Shown here piece by piece: positions 49,410-61,151 of a stretch of 64,000 nt of DNA. How positions within the stretch are numbered: position 1 is the stretch's first letter; every line of letters starts with the position of its first letter. The position numbers were made by a program, and so were the translations under genes. The stretch is taken from assembly GCA_051294905.1 (NCBI GenBank), contig CM119371.1, positions 2,730,001 through 2,794,000 of the forward strand, read 5' to 3'. The notes under the pieces were generated by a model that worked only from the letters and a program-made list of their open reading frames with translations, did not search any database and was not told where the DNA came from. Origin of the DNA: Botryllus schlosseri. Its lineage: Eukaryota.

Positions 49410-49690
49410 GGATATTAGGGTTGGGTTGGGGGGTATTAGGATTGGGGAAAGAGGGATATTTGGGCTTGGGAGGGGATGGTAGGCTTGAGGGAAATTATGG
49501 TTATGGGAGGGGGGATATTAGGGTTGGGGGATTGGAGGTGCGGTTTATTGAGGTTTCGATATTAAGGTTTGAGGAAAGGGGGATTGGAGGTGGGTTAGAG
49601 TCAAAGTTGGGGTTGGGTTATCCCAAGATTAGGGTTAATGGATATTAGGGTTAGGGAAGGGGGGCACTAAGAAGGGGGGCAGGGCACTAA
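49410..49690 (+). repeat. G-rich degenerate GGATATTAGGGTT / TTAGGG-like low-complexity tract
   Basis: Many G-runs and several GATATTAGGGTT units resembling the 30418-30620 minisatellite. Confidence 0.75.
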
Positions 49691-50633
49691 AGATAAATAT
49701 TTTCTCACTGGCTTGCTGAATGTATCAATTTACACAACATGACAACATTTTCAGGTCATTTATACAGATATAAGTTCAGATCTTCCTAAAAGCTTGTTTT
49801 CATCACGCGACAACTTGAAAACTTCATTCAAAATGGATACCGGTAGCTATCTACTCAACTATCGCCTTTCACAAGCTGGTGAGTCGAATTTCAGAAAAAA
49901 TCTGCAACTTGATGGAGATCAAATCTCTCCTTGGTTCATATGACGTGAAATTACATATATACAGCAGTTACCTGATGTCACAAACAATCCAGTAAGCTGG
50001 CTGTTTGACAAGGTTGTTTGGCAAGGTTGAACTTGATCAGAATTGTAGCATCATTTTATATTCAGTAATTGCATTCTCGAGCGAGGCAGGAACGGACGAT
50101 CGATACTCCATGGAAACTCGAAAATCATGCGTGAAAGAAGCTGTAAGCCAATATTGAATCGGTGTCACGTGCAGACTAAAGACTCTATACTTACTACACA
50201 CAGGTGTGAAGCAAGACGCTGAGAACCGTCTTGGCACACCAAACACATCACACTTAACGTACCAGGAATACATTTTCGAGCATATTGATTGAACACATAA
50301 ACACTTCTTTCTTGTCGAGGGCGATTTCCGGAGTCCGGCGTTACCGGTATCGACTATCAAGTCATGTTACTATTTCAAAAGATTTCTCATCAGACCAAAC
50401 CTTTCATAACACACTCATCCAGCAAGAGGCCATCACAATTTTGAGTTGGTAACCTCAATTCCTATAGATATACCGTACCAAGACTGTAGTATTGTAGAAG
50501 CGCGAAACGGTATGCCTATGCAGCACATGGTCTACAATCAACATGGTCGTTCTTTTTCGCTTTATCCATTAATATAAGTGATTTAGCCTGTACTCTGAAA
50601 CATATCAGCTATCATATCAGCTATATTTTTGTG

Positions 50634-51569
50634 ATGGAGAACCCTGATCAACGTGATTGGACATCCAGAATAGACTCCATGGAAAAAAGAATAACAAAAA
50701 ATCTTGAAAGCATGCTGCGATCCATCATCGAAAAGACCTTTCAAAACTCGATGGCAGAATTTAAAAAATCGATCAACGATGGAATCACCAAGCTATCTAC
50801 TCGTATTGACAAGCTATTTACCAGATCTGACTTGATGGCAAAAGAGATGAAATCCCTTAATGACTCCATGGAGAATATCTCATCTGAAATGGCAACATTG
50901 AAGACACAAAACTCAATGCTGGGTAAAAAAATTGATGATATTGAGCAAAGTCAAGTTTTTATTTGCAAGGAATATGAAGACCAGAAACAAAACATGAATG
51001 AACTTGAAGGATTACTAAAAGATCTCGAAACATGGAAAACATCCGTTGAGGAAGATGTGAGACAACTAAAACAGACCAGTGAAGAAAATTCATGTAGTAC
51101 GGATGAAATTGACTTGCATATGAGGCGAAACAATCTTGAATTCCATGGGATACCCTTTACAAAAGAAGAAAACACTGACAATCTAATCATTCGTGCTGTC
51201 GCAGTTCTTGGGATAGATGTCACAGCCAACGACATATCCATTTCTCACCGCTTGCCTTCTAAACACCAGAGCCTACCGCCGCCAATACTGGTCCGATTTA
51301 CTTCATTGAAAATGAGGAATCTCATCCTGAAAGCAAGAAACAAACTGTCGAAGATTGAAGATTTTGGGATTCCAAAAATGACTTCACTGTTTATCAATGA
51401 AAATTTGACCAAGAATGCTCGTGACCTGCTCACCGCTGCCAAAACTTTCAAAAAGAAACACGACTATGATTATTTATGGATAAACAATGGCCGCATATTC
51501 CTAAGAAGATCCCCTGGTGAGGAAAAAATTCATCTTCGTTGTCAAAATGACCTTGACCAGCTGCAATAA
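50634..51569 (+). CDS. LINE ORF1p (coiled coil plus L1-ORF1/Transposase_22-like RRM-CTD region)
   Basis: Long heptad-rich N-terminal half, then RRNNLEFHGIP, DISISHRL, PPILVRF, FINENLT and YLWINNGRIFLRR. First ATG at 50634. Confidence 0.9.
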   Translation: MENPDQRDWTSRIDSMEKRITKNLESMLRSIIEKTFQNSMAEFKKSINDGITKLSTRIDKLFTRSDLMAKEMKSLNDSMENISSEMATLKTQNSMLGKKIDDIEQSQVFICKEYEDQKQNMNELEGLLKDLETWKTSVEEDVRQLKQTSEENSCSTDEIDLHMRRNNLEFHGIPFTKEENTDNLIIRAVAVLGIDVTANDISISHRLPSKHQSLPPPILVRFTSLKMRNLILKARNKLSKIEDFGIPKMTSLFINENLTKNARDLLTAAKTFKKKHDYDYLWINNGRIFLRRSPGEEKIHLRCQNDLDQLQ

Positions 51570-51614
51570 TTCTTTGCTATCATCTACTGACAATCTTCTC
51601 ACATCACTGCCAAT

Positions 51615-54600
51615 ATGGCGAGACGACGCTGCAAAGCATGCTTTGAATATTGCGAATCTGATGACCCAACCCTTAAATGTGTTATCTGTAATTGCTGGTT
51701 ACACCAGAGATGTGTGAGTGCTTCCAATTTTCAGCCTAATAATGCTGCTGCCATACAGCATTATTGTTATGTTTGCCTAAACAATAATCTTGCTCTTGGT
51801 CATTCTTATGAAACATTGTGCCAAACCACTACTTCCCCTGCAGAGATCACTGATAGTAAGAAATTATCAACTAAACAAGTAGAGCTTAACAACCTAAATG
51901 CATGTAAATGTATTGATTTTACAGCTGATTCTATTCAAATACCCAAGACCAACCATTTTGCTATTGGTCATGTAAACATTGTATCTTTGCAGAAAAACTT
52001 CGACAAGCTTCATGAATTTCTATGCTCACTGGATATCCCAGTTACATTACTTGCAGTCTCTGAGACCAGACTTCAGAGTGACCCAATTAGTAACATAAAT
52101 ATTGATGGCTATTGTTTTATTCATAGCCCAACCAAATCCAAGGCTGGTGGAGTGGGTTTGTATATACATGATGACATAACTTACCAAGAGAATCAAGAAT
52201 TTGAAATAAAAGGCTGTCAATGTGAACAGTTATGGATTGAAATTTCTGGTATGCCAACCTTCCCAGACTCCGTTATTATTGGATCAATCTATAGACACCC
52301 AAAGGATAATGTTTCCAATTTCATGGAACAATTTTCCTCGACCCTAGAATTATTGAACAGTAAAGATAAAAAATTCATTATCACCGGTGACTTCAACATC
52401 AACCTATTAGATGCATCACCCATGGTCAGAGAATATCTAGACATGATATCAAGTCACGGCACTGCTCAAATTATAACCCATCCGACAAGAGTCACAAGAA
52501 CATCTAAAACACTCTTGGATCATACCTATACAAATATTGCTGATCAATCAATATCCCCTTTTGTTGTGGAATGTAACTTGAGTGATCACTATCCAATATT
52601 ATGTCAATTTGGATCTCGTCTTAAACGCTTGAGACCAAAGTATATGCGCAGAAATCTGCACAAAATTGACCTGACCTCCTTCTACAATGACCTTGACTGC
52701 TTGGCAGATAAAACCGATGCTGTGATCCTCCATGATAACAACTTTAATGAAACATTTGATTACTTCATGAAAGAAATCTCTTGTATTGTAAACAAACATG
52801 CACCTTTAAAAACTCTATCAAAGCGTCAACAAAGATTATCAAATAAACCTTGGTTATCTCTTGGCATACTGGTATCCATTAAGCACAGAAACAGACTCTA
52901 CAGATCACTGAAAAATAAATGGTCAGAATCTAGACAATTGCAATTCAAAAAATATGCCAACTTACTCTCTCAAATCAAAACGAAAGCAAGGGAACTATAT
53001 TTTAAGAAACACTTTTCTAAACATCAAAATAATCCACGTGAAACATGGAGATCCGTAAATCGTATTATCAACAGAAAATCCAAATCCCAGGCACCTAACA
53101 AAATAAAAGATTTTGTTTCTGATCAAATGGTCTCTGATCAGTCCCGGATGACTGAGATCTTTAATAGTTTCTTTTCTACCATCGGCACAAAACTCTCGGA
53201 ATGTTGCTCGAATGATGATGGCGATCACCATCATATTTTTGGAAAACGCCCAAGTTCATCATTCTATCTTCAACCAACGTCACCAAATGAAGTCATAAGT
53301 GTTCTATCTACACTGAAAAACAATAAAGCTCAAGGTCACGACCAACTACCTGTCATTATTGTCAAACACATAGGAATTCACCTAGCAGATACCATCGCTA
53401 AATTATTCAATTTCTCATTTTCTTCAGGGATATTTCCTGATTACTTGAAGATTGCACGTGTGATACCTGTATTTAAATGTGGAGACAAAACCAACGCAAG
53501 CAACTATCGACCCATTTCGATATTGTCACCGTTTGCCACTCTGCTTGAGAAAATATTATTTGAGAGACTTAACAGTTATCTCAATAAAATGAATCTCTTA
53601 AACTCAAATCAATATGGTTTTAGAAATAACCACACAACCTCTCAAGCTATATTACAGGTTACCTCGAGGATATATGAGCTCATTGACTCTAAAAATGTTG
53701 CCACTGGCGTGTTTTTAGATCTGAAAAAGGCATTCGACTGTGTCAATCATTCCAAACTAGTTGACAAACTTGAATTCTATGGTATACGTGGACTTGCAAA
53801 AATGTATTTCGAATCTTACTTAAAAAATAGGAAACAATTTGTTCATATTGGAACAACGCGTTCACAATTACTACCCATACAGACTGGTGTACCTCAGGGA
53901 TCCGTTCTCGGGCCCCTGCTGTTCATAATTTACATCAATGATATTGGTCATTTATTTGACAATGACATCACACTGTTTGCTGACGACACCAGCCTAGTTA
54001 TACCCGGTAAAAATTTATCTGATGCATTTGACAACATTAACACTAAGCTATCGACAGTGTCAAAATGGATGGCATCTAACCAACTTCAGCTCAATGCCTC
54101 CAAAACCAAAACTCTCGTATTTCATACACAAGTGAATCGCAGTAGAATTATAGTAAATAACGCACATCTTGATACACATAAAACTGTTAAATATCTTGGC
54201 ATTATCATTGATGATAAACTCGGATGGTCTGATCATATCAACAATATAAAAACTAAAATCTCGCGTGGTGTCGGGGCTCTCTATCGCCTTAAAAATTTAA
54301 TTCCTCATCAAACTCTCAGATCAGTCTACTATGCCTTAATTCACTGCTATCTCATTTATGGGATCCTAGTTTGGGGACCTGCTGCGAAAAAACATCTGCA
54401 GAAATTGCAAGTCTTGCAAAATCGAGCCATACGAATTCTCTGTCGGAAATCTAGATATGAGAATTGTAATAGCATGTATCGTAGCGTTAGAATATTGAAA
54501 GTGGAAGACATTTTCAAATTTGAGGTAATGAAATTCATGCATAGCTATCATCAGGGTGAACTGCCACTATATTTTGATAATCTGTTCAAGATACCTTCAG

Positions 54601-54797
54601 ATACCCACCAACATCATACCAGATTTTCTTCTAACTTGTCTCTGTCTGTGCAACACCACTCTACCAGTCTAGTGCAAAATTCAATCAGTTTTATTGGTGT
54701 CAATGTTTGGAATAAGCTGCCACCTAATCTCCGCAATTTAGACTCTTGTGCTTTTAAAAAACAATGTTTTCAATCTCTTATCTCTAACTACCGCTAA
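51615..54797 (+). CDS. LINE ORF2p, 1060 aa: N-terminal PHD-like finger, AP endonuclease, reverse transcriptase
   Basis: CKAC..CVIC..WLHQRC..YCYVC (C4HC3). APE motifs NIVSL, SETRL, YRHP, GDFN, LDH and SDH. RT motifs NYRPIS, DLKKAFD, GVPQGSVLGP, FADD and YLG. Confidence 0.96.
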   Translation: MARRRCKACFEYCESDDPTLKCVICNCWLHQRCVSASNFQPNNAAAIQHYCYVCLNNNLALGHSYETLCQTTTSPAEITDSKKLSTKQVELNNLNACKCIDFTADSIQIPKTNHFAIGHVNIVSLQKNFDKLHEFLCSLDIPVTLLAVSETRLQSDPISNINIDGYCFIHSPTKSKAGGVGLYIHDDITYQENQEFEIKGCQCEQLWIEISGMPTFPDSVIIGSIYRHPKDNVSNFMEQFSSTLELLNSKDKKFIITGDFNINLLDASPMVREYLDMISSHGTAQIITHPTRVTRTSKTLLDHTYTNIADQSISPFVVECNLSDHYPILCQFGSRLKRLRPKYMRRNLHKIDLTSFYNDLDCLADKTDAVILHDNNFNETFDYFMKEISCIVNKHAPLKTLSKRQQRLSNKPWLSLGILVSIKHRNRLYRSLKNKWSESRQLQFKKYANLLSQIKTKARELYFKKHFSKHQNNPRETWRSVNRIINRKSKSQAPNKIKDFVSDQMVSDQSRMTEIFNSFFSTIGTKLSECCSNDDGDHHHIFGKRPSSSFYLQPTSPNEVISVLSTLKNNKAQGHDQLPVIIVKHIGIHLADTIAKLFNFSFSSGIFPDYLKIARVIPVFKCGDKTNASNYRPISILSPFATLLEKILFERLNSYLNKMNLLNSNQYGFRNNHTTSQAILQVTSRIYELIDSKNVATGVFLDLKKAFDCVNHSKLVDKLEFYGIRGLAKMYFESYLKNRKQFVHIGTTRSQLLPIQTGVPQGSVLGPLLFIIYINDIGHLFDNDITLFADDTSLVIPGKNLSDAFDNINTKLSTVSKWMASNQLQLNASKTKTLVFHTQVNRSRIIVNNAHLDTHKTVKYLGIIIDDKLGWSDHINNIKTKISRGVGALYRLKNLIPHQTLRSVYYALIHCYLIYGILVWGPAAKKHLQKLQVLQNRAIRILCRKSRYENCNSMYRSVRILKVEDIFKFEVMKFMHSYHQGELPLYFDNLFKIPSDTHQHHTRFSSNLSLSVQHHSTSLVQNSISFIGVNVWNKLPPNLRNLDSCAFKKQCFQSLISNYR

Positions 54798-55387
54798 ATT
54801 GTATTTGCGTTGTATTTCAAATTGGTCCATGATACTGTGTCTTATTTTCCCTTTCGTTCGTTAGTTTATTTTAATTTTTTTTTTCATTAGTTATCGACTG
54901 TGAAAATTGCTCCTGTCCCGGGTGGCTCGGCTCTGAAGACTTTGTCATATCGAGCCTCCCGTCTACCTTGCATGTCGCATTTCACTGTAACATTTTTGTA
55001 GTGTTATGTTGATATGTAATGTATACGAATAAAGATTCTCTCTCTCTCTCTTCAACGTCCGATCGAATTAAAACTGGTATTAAAACACTCAATCAGCTGA
55101 TTTCATTCCATGTTTTGACTCAGAGCCATTCATGCACGTGATACATTAGCTCCACCACGCGGAATAACGAAAGGCGTCAAATAGGTAACATCATGCAGTT
55201 CGATATTACATTTCCTTCATAATCTATTTGGTTTTGTCATCTCTCCGAATTTTTTTCATCCTGTACGTATCGATATTATCGGATCAGTCGATAAAGCCCA
55301 CATTCAAATAGGGTACGCATTATAAACATTCAAAAGAACTATACTGCCAGAAAGGTTGGGAACCGAGGAGACCGCTTGCCTAGTAAC

Positions 55388-57693
55388 TAGGGATGGTGTG
55401 AACGTGAGGTTCACGTTCGCGTTCTGTGTGTGAACCTCGGAAACTTAGAGGTTCGTGTTCACAACAGAACCTTGGTAGGTTCTGCACAGTGAACATTTTT
55501 TACATATTACAATTTTCACTTCATTATAAAAGATCTTTGGTTCAAATTTATTGCATTTCAACTGCGGGCCACTCTACGCATTGCGTTGACAGCATTAAAA
55601 ATCTACACTAAACGAGCATGCACCTTGACAATCTCAAAAGTTTTACTTGGTTTGTTACAAAAGTTTGCCCGAAATATCCAGCTTTCTGTTTGTGAGTATT
55701 TAGTGACTCTCTGCTGTGAGCTTGACCCGCAATCACACAACATCACGAGCGAAATACGTGGTCAAGGAATGATGCTTATTCAAACAAATAATGAGATTGA
55801 TATCGTTTTGTGATGTACAAAATCTAGCAGGCGTACGGGCTGAATCTTGGCTTCATATCTTTGCGGCATCATTAAAACCAAATCCGTGCGATTGAGGTGT
55901 TGGCTCCTGCTGTATAACTTTTTAATTAGGTTGTATCGGTAGCAAGTCTAGAAACCCGTTTTACACTCTGCTCAGTATCAATAGCAATACTCAGACGCCG
56001 AATACATTGTTCCGTCTGGCCTAGACCGTTAAGGCGTAAGCTTATATTCACTGGTAGGTCCTCGTCGAAATTGTTGGCAAAGCGGCGTAAGATATTGATT
56101 TTGTGGGAGTATTTTATCCTTTGATTGCCTCAGTTGATACATTTAGCGGCGTTTAAAACGCCAATTTGTACTTATGCATTGTGGCATTATGTGGTCCGAC
56201 GCAGCACCGTAACTGCCGCACCCCAAACCCCCCAATTGGGGGGGGGGCCGAGCTCGAAGGGGGCCCAAAATTATTTCGTGAATTTGAATAAATTATAGCG
56301 TATTTCTTGAAAATTTATGCAGCCTTTTCAAAAAAATTTGCGCTCCGCGCGATTTCAAGTTGCCGAATATCTTCATTATTGGGTACTCTTCACCCAAGAA
56401 AAAAATACACAAGGTTTATAGAAATAAGCATAACGGCGTTGGCCATTACCGCGCCACGACGCACCAAGATATAAAGTTTTAGGCCATGTAACATGCGACT
56501 CCAAGAGGTGTGCCAGAACGATCGGCAGCGAGAAAACCTTGGCCGAAAAGGACTGCGCTTATGCTGATACATATAGGTTTAATTGTCCATAGGCGCCTAA
56601 ATGACTGGCGACGAATGTTCCTGTCTTGGCAATCTGAACCTCACAAGACAAATACCACCCCGCACGGAAAAATTATATGCCGGTGAAGAAATACCAATTT
56701 GAAATCGTGCGCGTCTTTTAGTTTAGTTCGTTTATGCGATTCTACATTTTTTGATATTGCTGAGGTCACGAAATAACATCATGTAACGAAGTCATACCAA
56801 CGGGTCCGCCCGCCCGAATATGTTTAATTATTATTTACGGGCCCTGCAGTTTCCAAGACACCTCAGTCAGCTCTACCGGTAAATCTGATTACGCGAGAAG
56901 AGAGGACAAGAAATTGATAGTAATATATGTGCAATTCCCGATCTTATTGACCGATTTTATTATGAATCATCGAAAATTGTCGCGCTTGGCGCGTGCTCAC
57001 TAGATAGTGCAACTGATTTCTTGGTAAAAGCGAAAAACGTGATGAGGGGGGAGTCGATTTATCACCCTATGGGAGCCCACGACCCAAGTACTTTTTTGGG
57101 GCCTGACGTAGTGCTGTTTCGTTCTTGCCAACAGGTATACGCCCGGAGATGTTTAATTATTATTATTGAGTGGTCCTACCTTTTGAAACATACCTCACTC
57201 CGCTCTACCAGTAAATCTGATTACGTGAGCAGAGAGAGGATAAAAATTGATAGCAATATATATGAAATTATCGATCATATTGACCGATTCAATCATGAAA
57301 TATACAATTTTTTCGCGCTCCGCCCGGTCAGTCGTGAAATCCAACTCACTAAACGGACACCCAATATAGACGGTTAGTAGTGGTAAACTGCGTACAGCCT
57401 GTTGGGGGTCTGGGGGGCGAAGCCCCCCAGAAGTTTGGTTTATCACTCTATGGGGGCCCAAGACCAACGTTTTGGGGGGGGGGCTGACGAAGTGCTGTTA
57501 CGGCCCTGGGTCCGAGTCGTCGCTAGGTATCGTGTACATTAATATAGGGTATCACTTCATTGAAGATAGGGTAGTAATCAGCAATATGACGTCGCGTGAC
57601 GTCATGAGGTTCACGTTCGCGTTCACACAGAACCTTTCAAAAAGGTTCGCGTTCACACGAATCTGAACCTTTCAGAGGTTCACACCATCCCTA
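55388..57693. mobile_element. Non-autonomous hAT element with a nested insertion
   Basis: TIR TAGGGATGGTGTGAAC, perfect 8 bp TSD CTAGTAAC, and GGTTCAC/GAACC subterminal repeats. Confidence 0.9.
56202..57508. mobile_element. hAT-like non-autonomous element nested in 55388-57693
   Basis: Ends CAG(CA/GG)CCGTAAC, flanks GGTCCGACG and GGTCCGAG (degenerate TSD), and an internal direct repeat ~56810-56990 / ~57140-57320. Confidence 0.7.
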
Positions 57694-59198
57694 CTAGTAA
57701 CCGCTGTTTATATCGTTTTGCACTTGCCCTATGCCAGGGCCGGGCAACTTCTCCGATCGGTGAGCCGGATATGGGAAAATCAAGGACTTGACGGGCCAGA
57801 TTACAGAATATATATTTTACCCTAATCGCGATTTTATCTACATCTGTAAGAAATCAATTGTATTTAATGCAAACTTCAAGTTTAAAGCATACCGGTATAG
57901 ATATTAAAAACAGTATTCAATGAATTTATTTACAACGGCTATTGAAGTCAATCAGACATCTAGGGTCGCTCAGTACTGTCAACTAGTTTTTTGAGCGCTG
58001 ATTGCATGTCATATTCAAAAACCCTTTGTGATGACTGCACGCGAACATCAGTCATATTGCAACCCAGCCCTCCTCGTTAATGTTCATGGGAGTGTTGGGA
58101 TTAAGTCACTGCCTTCAAATCACAAGTCATCTCGAATCATTGCACATTTTGACTCGAGTCAAGTCAATTCACTTGATTTTCATAGGTGACAAGGGTCAAG
58201 TCAAGTCACTCGATTTTTGAAGGTGACCTGAGTCACGTCGAGATAAGTCAAGTCACAAGTGAAGTAACTATAGTCAAGTCAAGTTGAAATTTCAAAGTAC
58301 TAGACATGATTCAAAGTCATTACTAAGGCGATTTTTTTGACAAGTCAAAAAAGTCAAATTTTTTTTTTACATGACTAGATTGTTTTATTTAGCTGTTCTT
58401 GTGTAAGTCGCACTATAACATGTAACCTAGTTACTCCCGCCATTTACCGGCTTCAAAAATCTAGTGTTTTTCGGCTGTAACTCGTTTTGTGTTCACAATA
58501 GACAAAAACTTTCTTCTTGAGACTGACAGGAACATGATGTTTTGGCAGCATTCATGACCCTACGACCAGTGGTTGTCGAGATGGGCAATTTCACCCCCTC
58601 TCGCGCATAAATTGGAGGGATGCCGGCTGGAAAATGGAGGCAATCCCCTAAAACAAATATTTATTGAAGTTTCTAGTCATTTTTCGGATTTGAGAACCCC
58701 CTTTTTTCGATTTAAACGAAAAGTAATTTTCACTCCACCCTACCACGCATGCCTATTGACATTCCAACATTTAACGCAGTGGCGGCTCGTGACAATATCG
58801 GGTGGTGGGGCAAGGGCTGCGAGCGACTTTTATCAAGATGACGTCACAATGGCGTTTTCCAACGTAAAAAAGTAACTTTATGATGGTCACATGAATTTCC
58901 CGACAACAGTGATTTTAACGTAGGTGCCGCGAGAGGTTTGCCGGTGAGCCGTGACTTGAAGTGTGGTAACAAATGTTTTATTCATTTAATCAAAGGATTA
59001 TTTTACAAAATGAACGTGAACTAAGAATCGCCCTATGCCACGAATCAAGTATCAGGTCATCCTTAGTAGCATGCGTTATGATTTCATGGTAGAGTTAGAG
59101 ATTACGCAAATCGATTGACCCTAATTTTTCTAAGCCCGTCCGAAAGTGTTTCGTACACGATCCTGGTGTGTTACGACCACTGAGCTGGTGGTTACGAC

Positions 59199-59473
59199 CA
59201 GAGATGGGCGGATTCCAAAATTTCGGGATCCGAATCTATCCGGATCCGGCTGGCAATTGGAAATTCAGAGTCCAAAGAAATCCGGCTGGTGAATGTCCAG
59301 TTCGGAATCCGAAAAAATCCTGCCAGAACAATGCTAATTAATCATATCACAGCAAAAAAATCCGGCTAAAATCCGACCGTCACCCCAAATTCAAAATCCG
59401 GATCCAGTCCGGCCAGGTATAAAAAACATTGAAATCCTGCTCCGGCTCCAGAACCGGACTGTGGCCATCTCTG
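59199..59473. mobile_element. Nested hAT MITE (ATCCGG-rich)
   Basis: TIR CAGAGATGG and perfect 8 bp TSD GTTACGAC. Confidence 0.88.
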
Positions 59474-60027
59474 GTTACGACCAGGTGATAATAGGCAACC
59501 AAAGCGGAGGCACCCGGCGTACGATTGGATCAATAGACTGGACAGTGGACAACTTCTAGACCTCTCATTTTCGCTCTAAAGGCAACTGCGTAAACTACGT
59601 ACGGAGCAAAGATTCAATACGATTCATGTTCGCGCTTGACTTGACCTGACTAATTCCAATGACTAGAACTCGAGAGATTGCGTAAGCCTAACTGGAAAGG
59701 TCAACGAGTTCGGACACATACGCAATTGTTATCTCATAGATTGGGCCTGTCATATTGAATCCAGAACATCAATTTGAATGGTCTTTGAAGAACTAAGGAC
59801 AGCAGCCTCGGAACTTCGGTCTCGGAACAACATAGGACATTTTAGCCTTGAAACTGGAGACTGTGACACAACACATACGGCTTACTGTCTATAAGTCTGC
59901 TGCGAAATCGCCGTTGGAAAATATATTAATCAATAAATACATGAATAAAAGCCGTAAAGTTAGTATACTGTTACAAGAAATCATCGAGAAGTAGCATACG
60001 CAATCTCATAACCCATTCCGGTATGGT

Positions 60028-60390
60028 AGAGAGAGAGAGAGAGTCTTTATTTTCATCGAACCAAAATACATAACAAACGGCAGTGATGGTGGTACAGGAA
60101 ATATGCGTGCACAGTATTCGGTATTAGATAGGAATGATCGATAAGACCTTGAAGGTCATCTAGTCTGATCACACCAGCATCAAACAGGTACACTTGACTC
60201 TGAACAGTCTGGCTGTAAAGAAATGTTTAGTTAAAGGAAAATAGAAAAAAATAAAACAATGGTGGCAAATGATCAATGAAGCAATGTCTGGGCGAGGTAG
60301 GGCAACAGTGTTAGTGTAACGACAAGAGGTGATCAAGTAGGGCTTTTTGAATCTATTATAAGGCAATTCACGGATATGTGGTGGTAAATC
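60028..60390 (-). mobile_element. 5'-truncated LINE 3' end, related to the element at 50500-55051
   Basis: Minus strand reads PPHIRELPYNRFKK (compare LPPNLRNLDSCAFKK in ORF2), then a UTR with a GACC-TTCAA-GGTC hairpin and AATAAAGA followed by (CT)n, the same tail architecture as the full LINE. Confidence 0.7.
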
Positions 60391-61042
60391 AATACAAACA
60401 GACGAACACCGAACTTTGACTGAAATAGATCGAGGAATAGGCTGATCGAATGATCAGCTGTTAGCCGACATCGAAAATGAAATAGCCATCGCATTTGACA
60501 GAAGATTGTAAGCAAATGGTTTGAAGGCCACAATTTCACAGTGAAATGGACATTGGCGAACATAAAATTATGTGAATATTTGAATGCAAACCGAGAATCT
60601 TGGTTAGCTGTTTCACGCGATCATCGAGATATACCATTGGAAATATCATCACCGATCTCGTTATGGAACGCAGACTATAGATTAGCACAGACCGACACCG
60701 GCTTTTGCGTGAGATCCGCAATGACGTAGGTAGGCTAAGTATCAGATCAGCGCGCATCTCTACCATACTCGACCTCGAAAACGAAATAACTGCCTCAATC
60801 ATTGAGTGTCAACTTTAAGACTTGGCACCGCGTTCGATACTAAAATCAAGACATACCGTGCAAAAGCTCATGACAGATCTAGGTATGGAACATCGTTAAA
60901 ATCAATAGAGACCAATAACGGCTTTTGCGTAAATTTGTTAGCGATAAATGAAGAGTCAGCTCTTACTCGACTTTGGAAACGAAATTACCACCCACATAGT
61001 TCAGTGACAAACTTAAAACTTGTTACAGCGGTCGATACTAAC

Positions 61043-61151
61043 TAGAGGTCGACCGATATTGATTTTTACAGGCCTATACCGATACCGATATTTCGACGCT
61101 CACAGGGCCGATAACCGATAATCGGCCAAGCCGATAATCGGTCGACCTCTA
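61043..61151. mobile_element. 109 bp nested hAT MITE (CCGATA-rich)
   Basis: TIR TAGAGGTCGACCGAT and perfect 8 bp TSD ATACTAAC. Confidence 0.9.

Larger units (their letters stand above)
50500..55051 (+). mobile_element. Apparently full-length non-LTR retrotransposon of the CR1 group (Crack/Daphne/L2-like)
   Basis: Two intact tandem ORFs separated by 45 bp, a 3' UTR hairpin (54919-54961), AATAAA (55028-55033) and a (TC)n tail. 5' boundary approximate. No TSD found. Confidence 0.9.

Noticed and set aside
49421..49648. Gly-rich 75 aa ORF
   Set aside because: It is the translation of a G-rich low-complexity repeat and starts at a non-ATG codon.
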